64,000 bases of DNA. It comes from Perkinsus olseni (lineage: Eukaryota). The notes under the pieces are model-generated. The model did no database searches. It was not told the origin of the DNA and saw only the letters and a program-made list of their open reading frames with translations. The number at the start of each line of letters is the position of its first letter. Within the stretch, counting starts at the first letter, position 1. Location of the stretch: contig JABANN010000001.1 of the NCBI GenBank assembly GCA_013115125.1, positions 124,001-188,000 on the forward strand. The letters are read 5' to 3'. The translations under genes were made by a program, and so were the position numbers. This document shows, piece by piece, positions 22,790 through 35,474 of this stretch.

Positions 22790-25055
22790 ATGTATGACGG
22801 GCCAGCCTGCCCCGTTGTCATCGACTGCGGGTCCAGCCGAACCCGAGCAGGCCTCGCCGTCACAGGGCGCCACATTAGGCCTACGGTGGAGATACCGAGT
22901 AGTGAGGGTCTCCGCTATGCGGTCCATATCGACGCCTACTGTATGCTCCAGTGAGCTTGAACCCTCACGAAATAACGGCCTTGCAGTTACCCCAGCCTTT
23001 CGGGAGCTCAGATTCCTCGTTGTCCTACCAGTGTCAGGCGTTGAGCGGCGCTGTTCGTCTCGTGTGGTGGCCGCTGTTGACGCATGCGTGCAGCTGGACG
23101 CGGTTCTGCTGCTCAGGTGTTGTGGGCCGCAGGCGTACCAACGTCCCTCCCAGAAACTGTTGGGCCGATCTCGACGGCTTCCTGGATGCCGGTCATCCGC
23201 CATCGTTTGGATCCGACGCTGTAGTATCGGAATTCCTCACTCCATCATAATCGTCCGTCGTCCAGGTTTCTCTAGTCCTCAAAGGGGAGCCTGTTAGACT
23301 CACCTATCCTGTCGACGAAGGGGTTTACGCCGACATGGAAAGCGTCGGGAATCTTTTGGAGTATGTTTACCAGGAATGCCTCAAAGTGAGCACCGCCACC
23401 AGCATCGGGATGTCTCACGGAGGCAAGCCCTAGACCATAGGAGGCTGCGGAGGTCTCAATATTATTTCCACCTGTCAACTTGACAGTGTCAAGCGAACCG
23501 TGCCCGAGCTGCGCGCCTTCGACTTCAACTGGGTGTCGTTTCAGATTGACCCTAGAGATCAGCCGTTACTTCTTACCGAGCCTATCTACAATCCAGCGTC
23601 AACAAGGGAGAGGGCAGTAGGTTCCACTGTCGCCGCCGCCCGTCGTCAGTAACCTCGTTGGTGGCTCAGACCGAGATGCTCTTCGAGGACTTGGGAATAC
23701 CGAGTCTTAACATTTCGGTCAAGGAGGTGGCTGCCCTCGTTGGGACGGGTAATCTGTCATCTTAATGGTAGCCGATGGCTCTCCTTCAGGCTGGCAGGAC
23801 GGCATTGTAGTCGATGCTGGCGAGGCCATGACCAGCGTTGTTCCGATATCTCATGGGTATGGACCCAGCTCGGCCTTTTGAGGGACCGTCGACTCTGAAT
23901 AGGTGCGTCGTTACTAGCGGCATACGCAAGCTGTACCTGGGAGGAGCCGACCTGGATGTCCAGTTCGCCGAGCGATTGGCCAGGCGGGCTGATCACATCA
24001 GGCTCACGTCGACCAGGGACCGTCTGATGGTAGGCTCCGCCGAGGATGTCATACCAGTGAGGAGTGGTATCAGTTGAGACGATGGAAGGAGAGTGTATGT
24101 TACTGCCGGCCAGGCTGGCATGACACAGATGACGACTTCGATGACAACGGCTATGGTGCTGCTGCAGAGGCTCAGCCGATGACCCTACCTGATGGCACCG
24201 TTGTCGACATGGCGGACGATAAGTGGAAAGTAGCCACTGCGGTCAAGGTGGACGGGCAATCGATCGCCGAGCAGGTCCCTGAGTCGCTCTTCCATCCACA
24301 TCTGCTGGGTATAGAGGGCAGCGGCATCGGCGAGATGGTTGTGGAATCTATCGAGGATTGCCCCATAGACGACAAGTTGAAGCTTTATAAGAAGATCATG
24401 CTCGCTGGTCAGTTTCCCTCCGGCTGCCTAGTTCTTCTCCGTGCTGCCGGTTTCGGAGGGTTGCCCCTCCCATGCGATGTGACTTTTTTTCAGGTGGCAC
24501 CTCACAGTTTCCCGGTTTTGCCGACCGGCTCCGGTCGGAAGTGGAGCACTCGGTGAAGTACTCCCGGATCGCGACATCAGGACGCACGCACAATCGAAAC
24601 CCGCAGGTGAAATACCCCCTGCCCGGGCTACAGTAGGCACCGTGTTGCCTCGAGGTTCACGTTGAGAAGGCCCACCGGCACCCTGAGTGGGCTGCATGGA
24701 TCGGCGGCAGTGCTTTCGCCTCCCTAAAAGACAGCTTTGAAGACCGATGGCTTTCCCGTGAAGAGTGAGTGAGACCGCTATCCGCTGCTGAGTTCAACTG
24801 GAACCCCGGGGGAAGCTTTCCGATGACCCATCTGATAATTACCTTCAGTCCGTTTGCGCATAGATTTTGTGAAAATTGAAACTCACAGGCAGCGTTTACT
24901 ATAAACTCGCCACCATTCACGGGCTTGGCTGCATCTTCGAAAGCTGGAACCCAGCTTGAGTGCCGGTTGTCCGCTATGCCAGATACGAGGAGTACGGTCC
25001 TGATGCAATCAACTCCAAAGTGCAGATATCCTTCATGCCGCATCAGCAGCAGTAG
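22790..25055 (+). CDS. Divergent actin-like / actin-related protein (multi-exon)
   Basis: PVVIDCGSSRTRAGLA, IPSVVGR, LTYPVDEG, PLLLTEPIYNP, EMLFEDLGIP, GIVVDAGEAMTSVVPI, LGGADL, TLPDGT, VPESLFHP, IMLAGGTSQFPGFADRL, AAWIGGS, WLSREEYEEYGP: complete actin-fold motif series. Confidence 0.92.
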
Positions 25056-25402
25056 TCCTGATAATGCAGTTGCCTCCTTAGTTGATCGTGGTTGTTATCA
25101 TCATTATTAACAGTACATTAAATGCTCATGTATCATTATTGCCACATTCCCTTTGCAGTGCACCTACTACTCCCCACCGGGTTCTTGCCGAGCTACTCAT
25201 CCCTCGCCTGTAGCCCGTTTTATAATTACCAACTGCCCGAGATGAGACCAGTGCAATGATCTTCCTTCGGTGTCAGCAGCCCATTTGAGTTTGGTGTCGC
25301 ATAATCAATAGGATAGAGATTGGCCTCATCGCTTTTCCGTAAGGTTACACAAGCTGGGGGACGGCGGCAGCACCCTTTTTCACGTTCTAGTTGTGCGTGG
25401 TT

Positions 25403-26982
25403 ATGCCATCAGCACGTCTAGGGTTACCAGCGCCGAGTCCGTGGCTCATATGCCCCTCGGTGCTGCCGGTTTTCTGGGGCATGGCCCTGGTGTCCCCTGT
25501 TCTGATAGAAATAAAGGAAGAGTACTTCCGGAGAATAGGCTGGTGTCATTCGCCCAGCGACTGCAATGACGTCCAGCTGCTGTGGAGCGTGGTTACTGTC
25601 AGCGTCTCGGCTCTGATAAGTTGCTTCACCGGTCCCCTTGTTGGGGCATATTCTGATTCCCTCGGAAAACGAAGGATGTAAGTCCCGGACTCAAGTGCTC
25701 CTCACCGAGGCAAGCTGATGGTGCAGGTACTTTGTCATTAACTCGGTGCTGGCCGCAGTGCCGCCGTTGTGGCTCTCTCTCACGGCCGTCAAAACAGGCG
25801 TCTCTCACATGATTGGTTACTTCGTATTAGAGGTTCTCATCAGCCTTGCCGGAGTTGGTCCGGAATACGCCCGATTCCCTCTCCTCAACGCGTACGTGGT
25901 TGATTGCTGTCCGCAGCCGCAGAGACGAATGAGGATCTACGGGGCTTTGATGGCCCTGTCCCTTTCTGGTCTCCTCGTCTTCCCGATGCTCGGAGCAGAG
26001 ATTCACACCTTTGCAATAGTACACCTGTGGGCTCTCCTCTGCGTGCTCTCCGCCCTCTACACCATCCTTGCTCTACCTGAGTCCCATCCGGGTGCCCGGG
26101 ATCCGATTGCAGGCGCTCGGTCGCGGCCAAGGCCATTCGACTGGTTGCATCTCCCGCAAAGGGCCACGGTTGTGCTACGTACTTGCCTCGAGGTTCGGCT
26201 AACGATCGCAGTGGCGGACTCTGGCATATCTCAGTCGATCAATTCTTACTTACAATCAGCCCTAGGGTTCACTGCCCTGCAACGAGCGCTATTCGCGGGG
26301 TGCATCGGCATCAGCGGTCTCCTATGCAGCACGCTGCTCTTGCACTTCCTGCAGAATGAATGTGAATGGAAAGCTCAACGCATACTGCTCCTCGCTCTCT
26401 CATGCTACACGACTCACTATCTTGTCTATGCCGTCGCTTCGTCGGCGGATGTGGCTTTGTTTGGAGGGACCCTAGCTGGCCCCGCTATGCTCGGTGAGTC
26501 GTTCGAAAGTATCTTCGTTGGCTTGGATACGGTGGCATTAGGTTCCTCGGCGCTCGCCGCCTTGATTGCCGATTATACTCCCGCCGCTATTGCCGGTACT
26601 GCGATGGCCGCTAATAATTCAATCGCTGGAATTGGTGAGCATTCCAACCAGCAGGTTGGATGGCAATCTGGAGTTGGTCACCTATCAGGTTCTGCAGTAG
26701 GGCCTTTGGTCTTCGGCATGTTATTTGTTTGGACGCGTGAACACAGGGAGGCCGAGCGTCTGCCCTTCATTATTGCATCATTGATAGCTGCTTTGGCTGG
26801 TGTAAGCTGCACTGTGGTAAACGTGCTGCTGTCGGAAGCGTGCTCAGGTTCTTGTGTATTTTCGCATGCCCAAAGCCATCCAGATCTATTGCGAGTCGAC
26901 TCCTGGGATGGAAGAGATGATGGCCCGAGAGAGGATGCTCGATGATGACCAATATAGTCAAGATGACGAAGATAATGGTTAA
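25403..26982 (+). CDS. Major facilitator superfamily transporter (TetA/MFSD14-like; multi-exon)
   Basis: MFS motif A variant GAYSDSLGKRR, AYVVD, ALPES after TM6, many hydrophobic segments, final exon ending in an acidic tail (DDQYSQDDEDNG*). Confidence 0.85.
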
Positions 26983-27187
26983 CTTTTTGTCATTCTCCTT
27001 GTTGACTATAGGTTGAGTTTTGAAAAGTCACTCGGGAAGAGGGAACAACATCAAAGGTCGACACGATGGAGACCGTGAGAGAGCAGAAGGGTTGCGGCAT
27101 GAGCGGTTGCATATAATATGCTAATGCACTTTACAGTACAACGTCTGATTATAAGCCTTCCTCGAGCAGTGCTCAGTGAGGATGAGT

Positions 27188-27219
27188 ACACGACAGTGCT
27201 CACACGAGCACTGTCGTGT
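27188..27219. repeat. Perfect 14-bp inverted repeat with 4-nt loop between convergent 3' ends
   Basis: acacgacagtgctc-acac-gagcactgtcgtgt. Confidence 0.9.
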
Positions 27220-27469
27220 TTCTTCATCCCCGTGAACGCCGCAGAGCCCTAAGAAGCCGATCTGTGATAGTCACTTCACAGTAAACTAAGCGTATCTCGC
27301 CACAGCATCGAGGGCTCTGCCTGAGGGTATGCACACGAGTGTGCCCTCGCTTCAAGTCCGTTATGTCATGTACAGTATTATGTCGTTAACACAACAAACG
27401 TAATTCATGACACGGTAATTCGCAATGGCCATGCCTGCGTGGGCAGCCCTGATCGATCAATCGCAGAGA

Positions 27470-30400
27470 TCATGAAGATGGCTCTTCCTCCTCCTCATCG
27501 GTTGACAGAACCTGAATGGACTTGGGACCTCCATCAGGAGACCCCACCGGCCGCACCGTTTGCACTGCATTGAGTTGACAAGAGACATCTTCGACGGTCT
27601 CGCTGAAGGGCTTGTATGCAGCATGCACGAAGCGCTTTTCTTCAAGACGAAGCTGCTCCTTGACGCGGGAGCGCTCCACAAGCGGAAATAGGAAGCTGAA
27701 GCCGACATGGCAACGACGAAGTCCGACGAAGGCCCCACCAGTTGACTAGTTGCTTCACGACCATGGTATCTTTTTCGAGCGCATTTTCGGCCGATGCTTC
27801 GGTATCCCCGCCATCCAACCGGTTGAGGATCTGCAGCAGTCGCGGCTAAGGTTGACGGGACCGGCGGATCTACTTGGTCGAAGCTCCTCGTCGAACGTTC
27901 GACGGCGGTGAGAGCAATCTCCCGGCTCTTCTTCCCGACCGTTGAGTCGAAGATATCATTCAAGTAGGAGTCTGCCGCTTGTTTGCAGCTCTGTGCCACC
28001 TGAAACGAGAGCGTTTATCGTCAGCAAAGACAGGGTCAAGCCCGCAACACCTCGAGAGAGATGGTATCCTCTCGGGCTCGCATTCGTTCTTCCGCTTGTC
28101 GAAGACCGGACTCTTTGATCTGTCGCAACCTTCGCTTGTGATTTGCAAGCCAGACCATGGCAGCTATTCGACGCTCCTCCTGAGCGGGCCGACAGACTGG
28201 AGCCTCCCGACACAGCAGTCACCGCACCTTGGACTTGAGAAGCTCCTCGCTGAGCTGATCTAGAGTGGTACCCACCGTGCTGCCGATGAGGGAAGAAAGA
28301 ACTCCCTCCTCCAACAGACGGGTCGATATCCCTGGCAAGGAGAGAAAGCAGCGAACCAGGGGCGATTCCAACCCACCTCCTAGCTGCCCATCCTCGCCAA
28401 CTCGGCCATCTGCGGGCAAGCTTCTCGTCCAACCTTCACACGCTCGCAACTCCTGAGATGCAGCGAGTCCGTTCAGCCAGCTCGCACTGCGGGAGGAAAG
28501 CGAGGGATGGACAACAACAAGCAGGCGCACTTCAATCAGTGCCGCGCTCTTGGACACCCCCACGAGCATCTCATTCTGCATGGCCCGACCACGCAGGACT
28601 CTGGTGAGCAGTAAGACGGCCACGTCCATCTCCTCGCCTTCCGGTGGTGGACCTGATACCCTTCGAAAAGAGGATGACCGGTGCAGTGAAAGCCCACCCG
28701 TCAACCGAACGCTGCTCTCCATCGGACTTTCTTCCCTCTTCTCCTCCCAGCGCGCCTCGAAGCCCATCAGGGGACCTGCAAAGTTCCTGCTGCACCGAGG
28801 CGGTCTCGAGCAGGTGGCACCCGTAAGCCCAGGCCCCTCAAGACCATTGTCCTGGAAAGTTGCCGTTGTAGCTAGCTCGGCCTTGACCTGTGCCATAGCT
28901 GCCTTGAGGAGGGACTCTACAGAATGAGCGTCCGTGGGCTCGATCAACCTCACCAACGCCCGTACTCTTAGCTTCCCATCGTCGAGCGTTCTGCCCTGGC
29001 GGAATGTGGCTCACTAAGAATAACCAAACCCATGCCAGCGCCCGCCTCTACTATTCGAGGACCGGTCGCGATGGCTCTATCCGCGGCCAACGGGCTTCTT
29101 GCTTATGGCTCACCCATCAATTCAGGCGCTGGCCCGCCCTCCAGTTTCCTCTCGAGCGCAAGCACACCTCTCAAGCTCCTCAGGGCCGCTGGCTGAATGT
29201 CCATTCCTCCTGTGAGCCTCGGTGGCACCTCACAGTTTATAATGATATTGCGTTACTCGGGGACAGCCCTACAATGCCGTCTCGCGGTACAGGAGCGTAG
29301 AGGGTCGAGGCCGGGTCGTTGTGGGCCTGGAGGTGCCTGTCACCTAGGGCCTCCCCTCTGCCAAGATTGCTCAGTCCTTCAACCTAACACCACCGGCAGC
29401 CGCGTCGGCTCCCCGATATAATAGTCTGATGATCGGAGTTCTTCTGTATGGCAGCTTATGGCTAGTCCAGGATGCAGCCACCGCCCTAATGCGGCCAATG
29501 TCCCAGGACCGCCGAGGGACGCCGGTTGCACCAATTTGCCGATTCCCCCACTCGTTTGCTCTTGTTACATCTCCAACGTCGAAGCGAGAAATGATTCGAT
29601 ACATGAGGCAGCGACTGTCATTACCATGGTGGCCTTTTCGCGATCACTGCGTCTGAGAGCCCTGAGCCTACAGTTGGCTAGCTGGGACAACTTCCTGTCC
29701 TTCACCTGCCACTCGGACTGCACGCCGCTCGAATGAATGACTCGACTAGGAGTACATCAGTCAGGTTGGAGACCAGACGACCCTTCCTCTCTTCCGACAG
29801 TGCCTCGTGATCAACACGCAGGTCGCGTAAAGCGTGGCGCAGTAGTTGGAGCCTCTTCTCCTGAGCATTCGAGCAACCGTTAAGGTGCCATGAGTGCCAT
29901 GAGCGTGAATATCGGGCGAGCCCGGACGACAAGACCACTCCTGACTTGAATCCTGGTGATCTCAGCGTCGCGGCGTTGAAGCTCCTTCAGCTCCATCTCT
30001 TCCACCATCTGGGCTCGAAGCTTCAGGGAAGCCATATCGGACCCTGGCCAGCATGCAGTCCAATGAGAAAGCAGCAACGCGCCCACCTTCCGGCAGGGAT
30101 TCCTCAACCATTTTCCTCTCCCGCATCCTCTCCACCAATCGGACCTGGCTAACCGGTGGCTGAGGCAGTCGTAGTCAGCAGTGCTAACCGCTGCTTCCCC
30201 GAGGAGCATTCCGTTCTGAACCGTCAAGTTCGAGAGCCTCATCAGTTCCGGCGCTGTGCGCATGTCCTCGGCGGCCACCTCGGGCGAGAAAGGATCCTGC
30301 GCAGCGTAGAGACAGCGACTACGGGGGCAAGCTCGCCGCCTTACTGTCTGCATATCACTCTCGCGTAAAGTGGACTGGACGCAAACTTCCCGCTTTCCCT

Positions 30401-30774
30401 CCTCAGCTGACTTGTGGCCAGCATGCTGACAGACGATCGCTAATGCCTCTGCCGGCAGCAGGGTTGACCACCATCGCATTCGCTCTGGTGTTGGAATTCT
30501 CAGTGGCAAGGACGGTACTCGGTGGCATCACTCTGGGGGCCGTCCATGACAGGCCAGCCTCGTCCACTTCACTGAACCTCGCGCGGAAGTCGAGCTCGAT
30601 GGGTCCCGAGAAGTCTTACGTAGAGATAACAGGGTTCACGCTGAGACCGCCAACCAGAGGGCGTCGGAAGTAACGGAAACGATGCCGTCCGGTAACCTGA
30701 GGAGTGTTGAGGTTCCTGAAGAATGCCTTTACTCTGCGTCGACCGGCTTTATACGAGATGCTTCTCTCGGTCAT
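27470..30774 (-). CDS. CFAP91: Cilia- and flagella-associated protein 91 (MAATS1/FAP91; multi-exon)
   Basis: VTGRHRFRYFRRP, VQSTLRESDMQTDPFSPE, PELMRLSNLT, MVEEMELKELQRRDAEI, LLTRVLRGRAMQNEMLVG, QEERRIAAMVWLA..RRLRQIKESGLRQAEE match the CFAP91 motif order. Confidence 0.88.
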
Positions 30775-31479
30775 GATTGATCGGGTTGACTATGTTGAAG
30801 ACGACGCTAGTACGTGTTTGGCTGAAGGCATTCCCGCAGTGATTATCAGTGAGGGGAGGAGTCTCAAGTGCGATAAGCAGCGTACCCTTACCGAGAGTTG
30901 GTCACAGTTACTGCTGGCAACGACCCCCGATGCATGATTTGTTGAGGATGGCAGACCCAGCGAGGTTTCGTAGGAGCCGGGGAGGGAAGACATCTGCCGG
31001 TCTCCGCGAGCTAACAACTGAAAACCCCTTCCTAATGGGGCTGCCTCAGTTGCGGTATTCTCCCGAAGGACGCGTCATCAGGAAGTAGCTGCGAGATTCA
31101 TAGTCGTGGTCGATGGTCGATCTTCGAGCAGCCCGCTTGGAGACAGCAGAAAGGGAGTGGCCCCCTGGCTGGCATTCCTCGAGTTCGAGGGCACGGAGTG
31201 ACGATTCAGTATTGTATTAAAGCACAAACGTGAGCCAAATTGAAGACAGGCCTTGCAGCCTCAGGAGAGATCCACTGAACTAGCGAAATGGCACTGGCTC
31301 CGACAGAGTTTATTGCATGAAATATGCCAGACATAATTGCAATGAAATATCCCTGTACTACAGGGATGTACTATTTCGTCACTAAAGTGCATATAATGCT
31401 TACCTGCTGGCGTATTTATCGTATACAGTCAGAACGAATGATAAACAGTGAAACGTTGTCACGATATTCTTATGTTTCT

Positions 31480-32190
31480 GGCAGCAGGTCTATCTTGGTC
31501 CATAAGCTCGCGGCTCAGGAAAGGCCCTTTTCATGCAAGATGTACACACATCATTGCAGAAGCGCTAGTGGCTTTCGTAGCCGCAGAATTGCGCGATGCA
31601 ACCCTTCGAGCAACAGACCGGGCATAAACAATCAATGATGAACAAGAAAGCACGATGGACCGCGTCACGTCGCTCCCGAGGGCAGTTAGACGACTTTACG
31701 TGCCAGAATGCTTTCCCACGATGCCTGCGGTCACCGTGTCGCATCCCGATTAAGTGAAGTTTGCGACTACATCTGTCCACTTGACTCGCATCGCATGCCA
31801 GCTGAGTTCTTTCTCCGCCTGCTGGGAACACTTACTCGAGGCGAAGCTGCGGAGCTTCCAGAAGTGGAGACAGCGCTCGTCAAGCCGATTGTCCCTCTCT
31901 GTCAGACTGTCCGAGACTAGGAGTGAGGACGAAACCCTTCGTTCAACGTCAGAGGTGACTGCCAGTGTAAAAGAGCAGAGAGCAGTGTGTGAGAGTGGGT
32001 TTCTGTTCACCTCAGCAGCCTCGTTGATGCTGAGCAGGCTATCCGTTCGCTCTACGGTACGTTTTGCTTCCTCCTGACCTGTACGTCTTGTAGTCCGCAC
32101 AACTGCACCAACCTCGCGCGTTCTTCCGGATTGGGACCTCTCGGAGCAGGGACCCACTTCAGGAGTGAGCCTGGTGGTTGAGTTGTTTCT
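31480..32190. repeat. Dispersed repeat unit, copy 3 (inverted; lacks the Cys-rich gene)
   Basis: Reverse-complement match, in order, to about 11270-11150 (tgcaagatgtacacacatcattgcag), 9830-9675 (cacgatgcctgcggtcaccgt) and 9470-9020 (agctgcggagcttccagaagt). Confidence 0.85.
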
Positions 32191-32699
32191 TGAATATGAA
32201 TGAATCCATCATCACCACGACTATTATCTTCTTATTCACTCATACGAAGTTCCCATGATGCAGAGGTTGGGAATGTGAACAGTGAGCGGCTGTGCTCTGG
32301 CCTCTGCACCTTTCATCAGTGGCAGAGCCAGCAACCAGGCACTAGCCTGTGTCTGCTGCCATCCATCAGTTGGAGGCCATCATGGTTCACTAGGATACGA
32401 TAGCTGCCCGACTCCATACCCGTTCTGGGTCTACTCAGCAGTCTCTACTATCCTACTACCTCCACATCCAGGGAGTGGAGGGCTGGGTCGAGCTCGCATT
32501 AGCCATCATTACAGCCATAACTACATGGCTGTACCTATTGCTAGCACCTTGCTAGCTCTAGCATTGAAATACACTGAACTACCACGACTTTCTTGTTATC
32601 TTTGGCGCGTAAAGGTCCCTCTTGTGCGCGCATAGGCTCTGCGTGGTAATTTCGCTCACGCCGATCCTCCTGCGTAGGTTGCTACCAGGACTGTTTGCT

Positions 32700-33370
32700 G
32701 GCTTAGCAGTAGGAGCCTCTTCTCTTGATCATTCGAGCAACCCCTAAGATCCCCCGAGTGCCATGAGCAGCCACGAGTGTAGGGCGCCCTTTGTGCTTAG
32801 AGACGTGGCGATTGTATCATGTACAGCACGATGCATAGGATACGCTGTCTTAGACAGCTTCAATCGAGTCGAATGCAGATATCGGGCGGGCCCGGACGAC
32901 AACAACACTCCTGACTTGAAACCTGCTGATTGCAGCGTCGCGGCGTTGAAGCTCTTTCAGCTATCGACTCTCGGTTCGAGAGTTGGCAACGGCCACAAAT
33001 GCATGATTCGTCGAAGATGGTAGATCCAGTGAGGTTTCATAGGAGCCGAACCCTTGGAGGGAAGACGGTCTCACCAAGCTAACACCGAAAACCCTTGATG
33101 GGATGGCCTGAGTTAAGGCATTCTCTCGAAAAATGCTTCATCAGGAAGTAGCTTCGAGATTTATTGGTGTGATGCTCGATCTTTGAACAGCCCCCATGAG
33201 GGCAGTTACTGCCCGGCAGTAGAAACGGAGTCGCCCTCTGGCTGGGATGCGACAAGTTCAGTCATCGCCAGAGCGGATCTTCCTTCCGGGGAAGGCACGG
33301 AGTGATGATTTAGTTTTGCGTTGAAGCGCGAACGTGAACCAAAGTTCAGACAGGCCTTGCACTCTCAGGA
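32700..33370 (-). pseudogene. Decayed partial duplicate of the CFAP91 5' region and upstream flank
   Basis: 32700-32960 resembles 29840-29995 (cagcgtcgcggcgttgaagctc, ctcctgacttgaa); 32975-33370 resembles 30890-31265 (tcatcaggaagtagct, ggcacggagtga, agacaggccttgca); the intervening ~0.9 kb is missing. Confidence 0.8.
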
Positions 33371-34324
33371 CAGCTATGCTGAACTCGAGGAAGACGCGGC
33401 GAACGTTCACAGACAGGCGACGCAAACGCGACGAAATTTGCTCTCTTACCGGGTTGTTTGCCGGAGGAGGGCGAGCCGTGAATCGGGATGACGTTAGGCA
33501 ACGCAACAGCGACGCCTTGACCACGGATGAGAGCGTGGGCTCGCTATAAGAGAATGTACACGTGGAACCCTACGGAAAGCTCGGGCACCCTGCCGAGCTT
33601 AGTCGCACCCACACATACTATCGCAGAAGACTTGGGAAGGTATGGTACAAGGGACGGATACAAGAATCTCGACAAGGTTAAGCAAGAGGCCGGGTGTCAT
33701 TGGACGACCACATGGCATGTGGCACATGCTCCGAGCAAAGCAACCACCAACGCGACATTGCGCGGGACACAGACCAGGTTCGGGTTGTACGATCGGGAAC
33801 ACAGGCGGGCCCATCATCGGCTATAGAAAAAGTATGCTTCTGATGGGTAGAAAGCCGCAACGGCGCGGGAGAAATGAAGCTAGCATCTACCATAGAGGGT
33901 CTAGACTCTAGAGAGAACACGGCCACAGCCATCCAGTGTCGCCATCTACTATGTAACGCAAGGAAGCCGAGGACTAGGATGGAAAGTTTTCATTGAAAAC
34001 GTATAAGGCTCGAGCTCCTCAGCTCCATCAAGGAGGGCTACTTTACAACATTCTTAACATCAACTCTATTGGAAAAAATCAGTGTCATCTATAACTACGA
34101 TACTTGAACTACTACAGCTGCTGCTGCTGAAGCGATCGTATGGAAAAAAGAAATATTAATAGTAGTGAAGCACTACATGCCAAAAACGGAGACAGTTGCT
34201 TTCGAAGAAAAAACTCCAAGCAGAGCCGAAGCCCTATCGCGAGGAGCAAAGCGGTGTACGGTAACATGGGAGATGACGTATCCCCCAACGTCAAAGGTGA
34301 TGAACTGGGAAAACGGGAAATGTC

Positions 34325-35474
34325 TCAACGGATCTTGAAGAGTACAAGGGAGAGAGCCATGACCGCCATGCCCAAGATGAAACCATAGCCGGACCACGTA
34401 TCCGAGGGGTCTCTACTGATAGCCTCCTTCTGTAGCTTAACAACACCAACATAGACCTGAAAAGGATGAACGAGATAGCATTAACACCAAGCCCGTGAAA
34501 TACGGTTATTGTTCTCTTACCATAATGCCGGCGGTGACGGACATCATAACAGCAATTGATGCGGGCGTGAGTATATTGGCAAGGGCCAGCCAAGCAAGGA
34601 TACCACCTATCGGCTGAGCAACGGAAGCGAGGAGAGTCCACAGGAAGGCCTTGGTCTTGCTGCCAGTGGCCTTGAGAATGGGCATTGCCACCGCGACGCC
34701 TGAGAACGTTCATGGCGCTAGAAAGCAGGCCAGGGCTACCCCACCCTCTGGAATGTTATGAACGCCGATCGCTAAGGCGAGCGATATGCCAACATCAGCG
34801 TCCTCGAGGGTACCGAGGAAGGTCACTATTCCTTCAGGCAAATTATGAAGAGTTAACGCAATAGCGGCCATAAGACCGGTACCGAGGAGCGCGGACGACT
34901 GGGTATCCTGAATAAATGAAAGATTAGTTACAAAAGGTGTGGTAACGCTCTTCACTTCCGAGCTGCAGTGCTCCAACTCCTTCGCGGATCGTTGACGGCG
35001 GTTCGCGATGAACTGTGCAATCATATCCAAACTCTGGCGAAAAAGAAAATACACGACCCTGTGTAGGGGAGGGCCAGCTGGGCAGCTCACCAGGCATAGC
35101 AAGCAGCCACAGAAGAATATCGCCACATTGATCATGAACGCATGGTTCTTCGAGCACCCTGCTTCGGTAAACCTGCGTGAACGGCGGTCGCAGTAGAACG
35201 AAAGCGACACAACGCCGGTGCTCACAGCTCCGTCGCTTCAGGCAAAATTTCGACAAAGCTGACCATGACCATGACACCGGCTGAGAGCGCCAAGCACCCT
35301 GCGAACAGGCGAGCATCATTCATCTTTGGAAAGAGTGCGACGAGGAAACCTAACAGGGTAGCGAAACCTGAGGGATGGTACGAGAGTGGCAGGCGTGTGA
35401 GGAGGAGAGGCGGGCTTGCCTGCAGCGCATGTGAGGCCTATGGCCAAGACAGTGTTAGAAGCAGACAGTGCCAT
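34325..35474 (-). CDS. ZIP-family (ZupT/GufA-type) divalent metal transporter, copy A
   Basis: LAIGLTCAAG, LALSAGVMVMVSFVEILPEA, LHNLPEG (TM4), GVHNIPEG (TM5), [22 protein letters not shown]. Confidence 0.92.

Noticed and set aside
22559-22954. ORF with a poly-His tract
   Set aside because: The His run is the intergenic (CAT)n microsatellite; the real gene starts at ATG 22790.
33642-33911. GNTGGP resembling the trypsin-like GNSGGP motif
   Set aside because: Catalytic Ser absent, no His/Asp motifs, no exon structure; probably chance.
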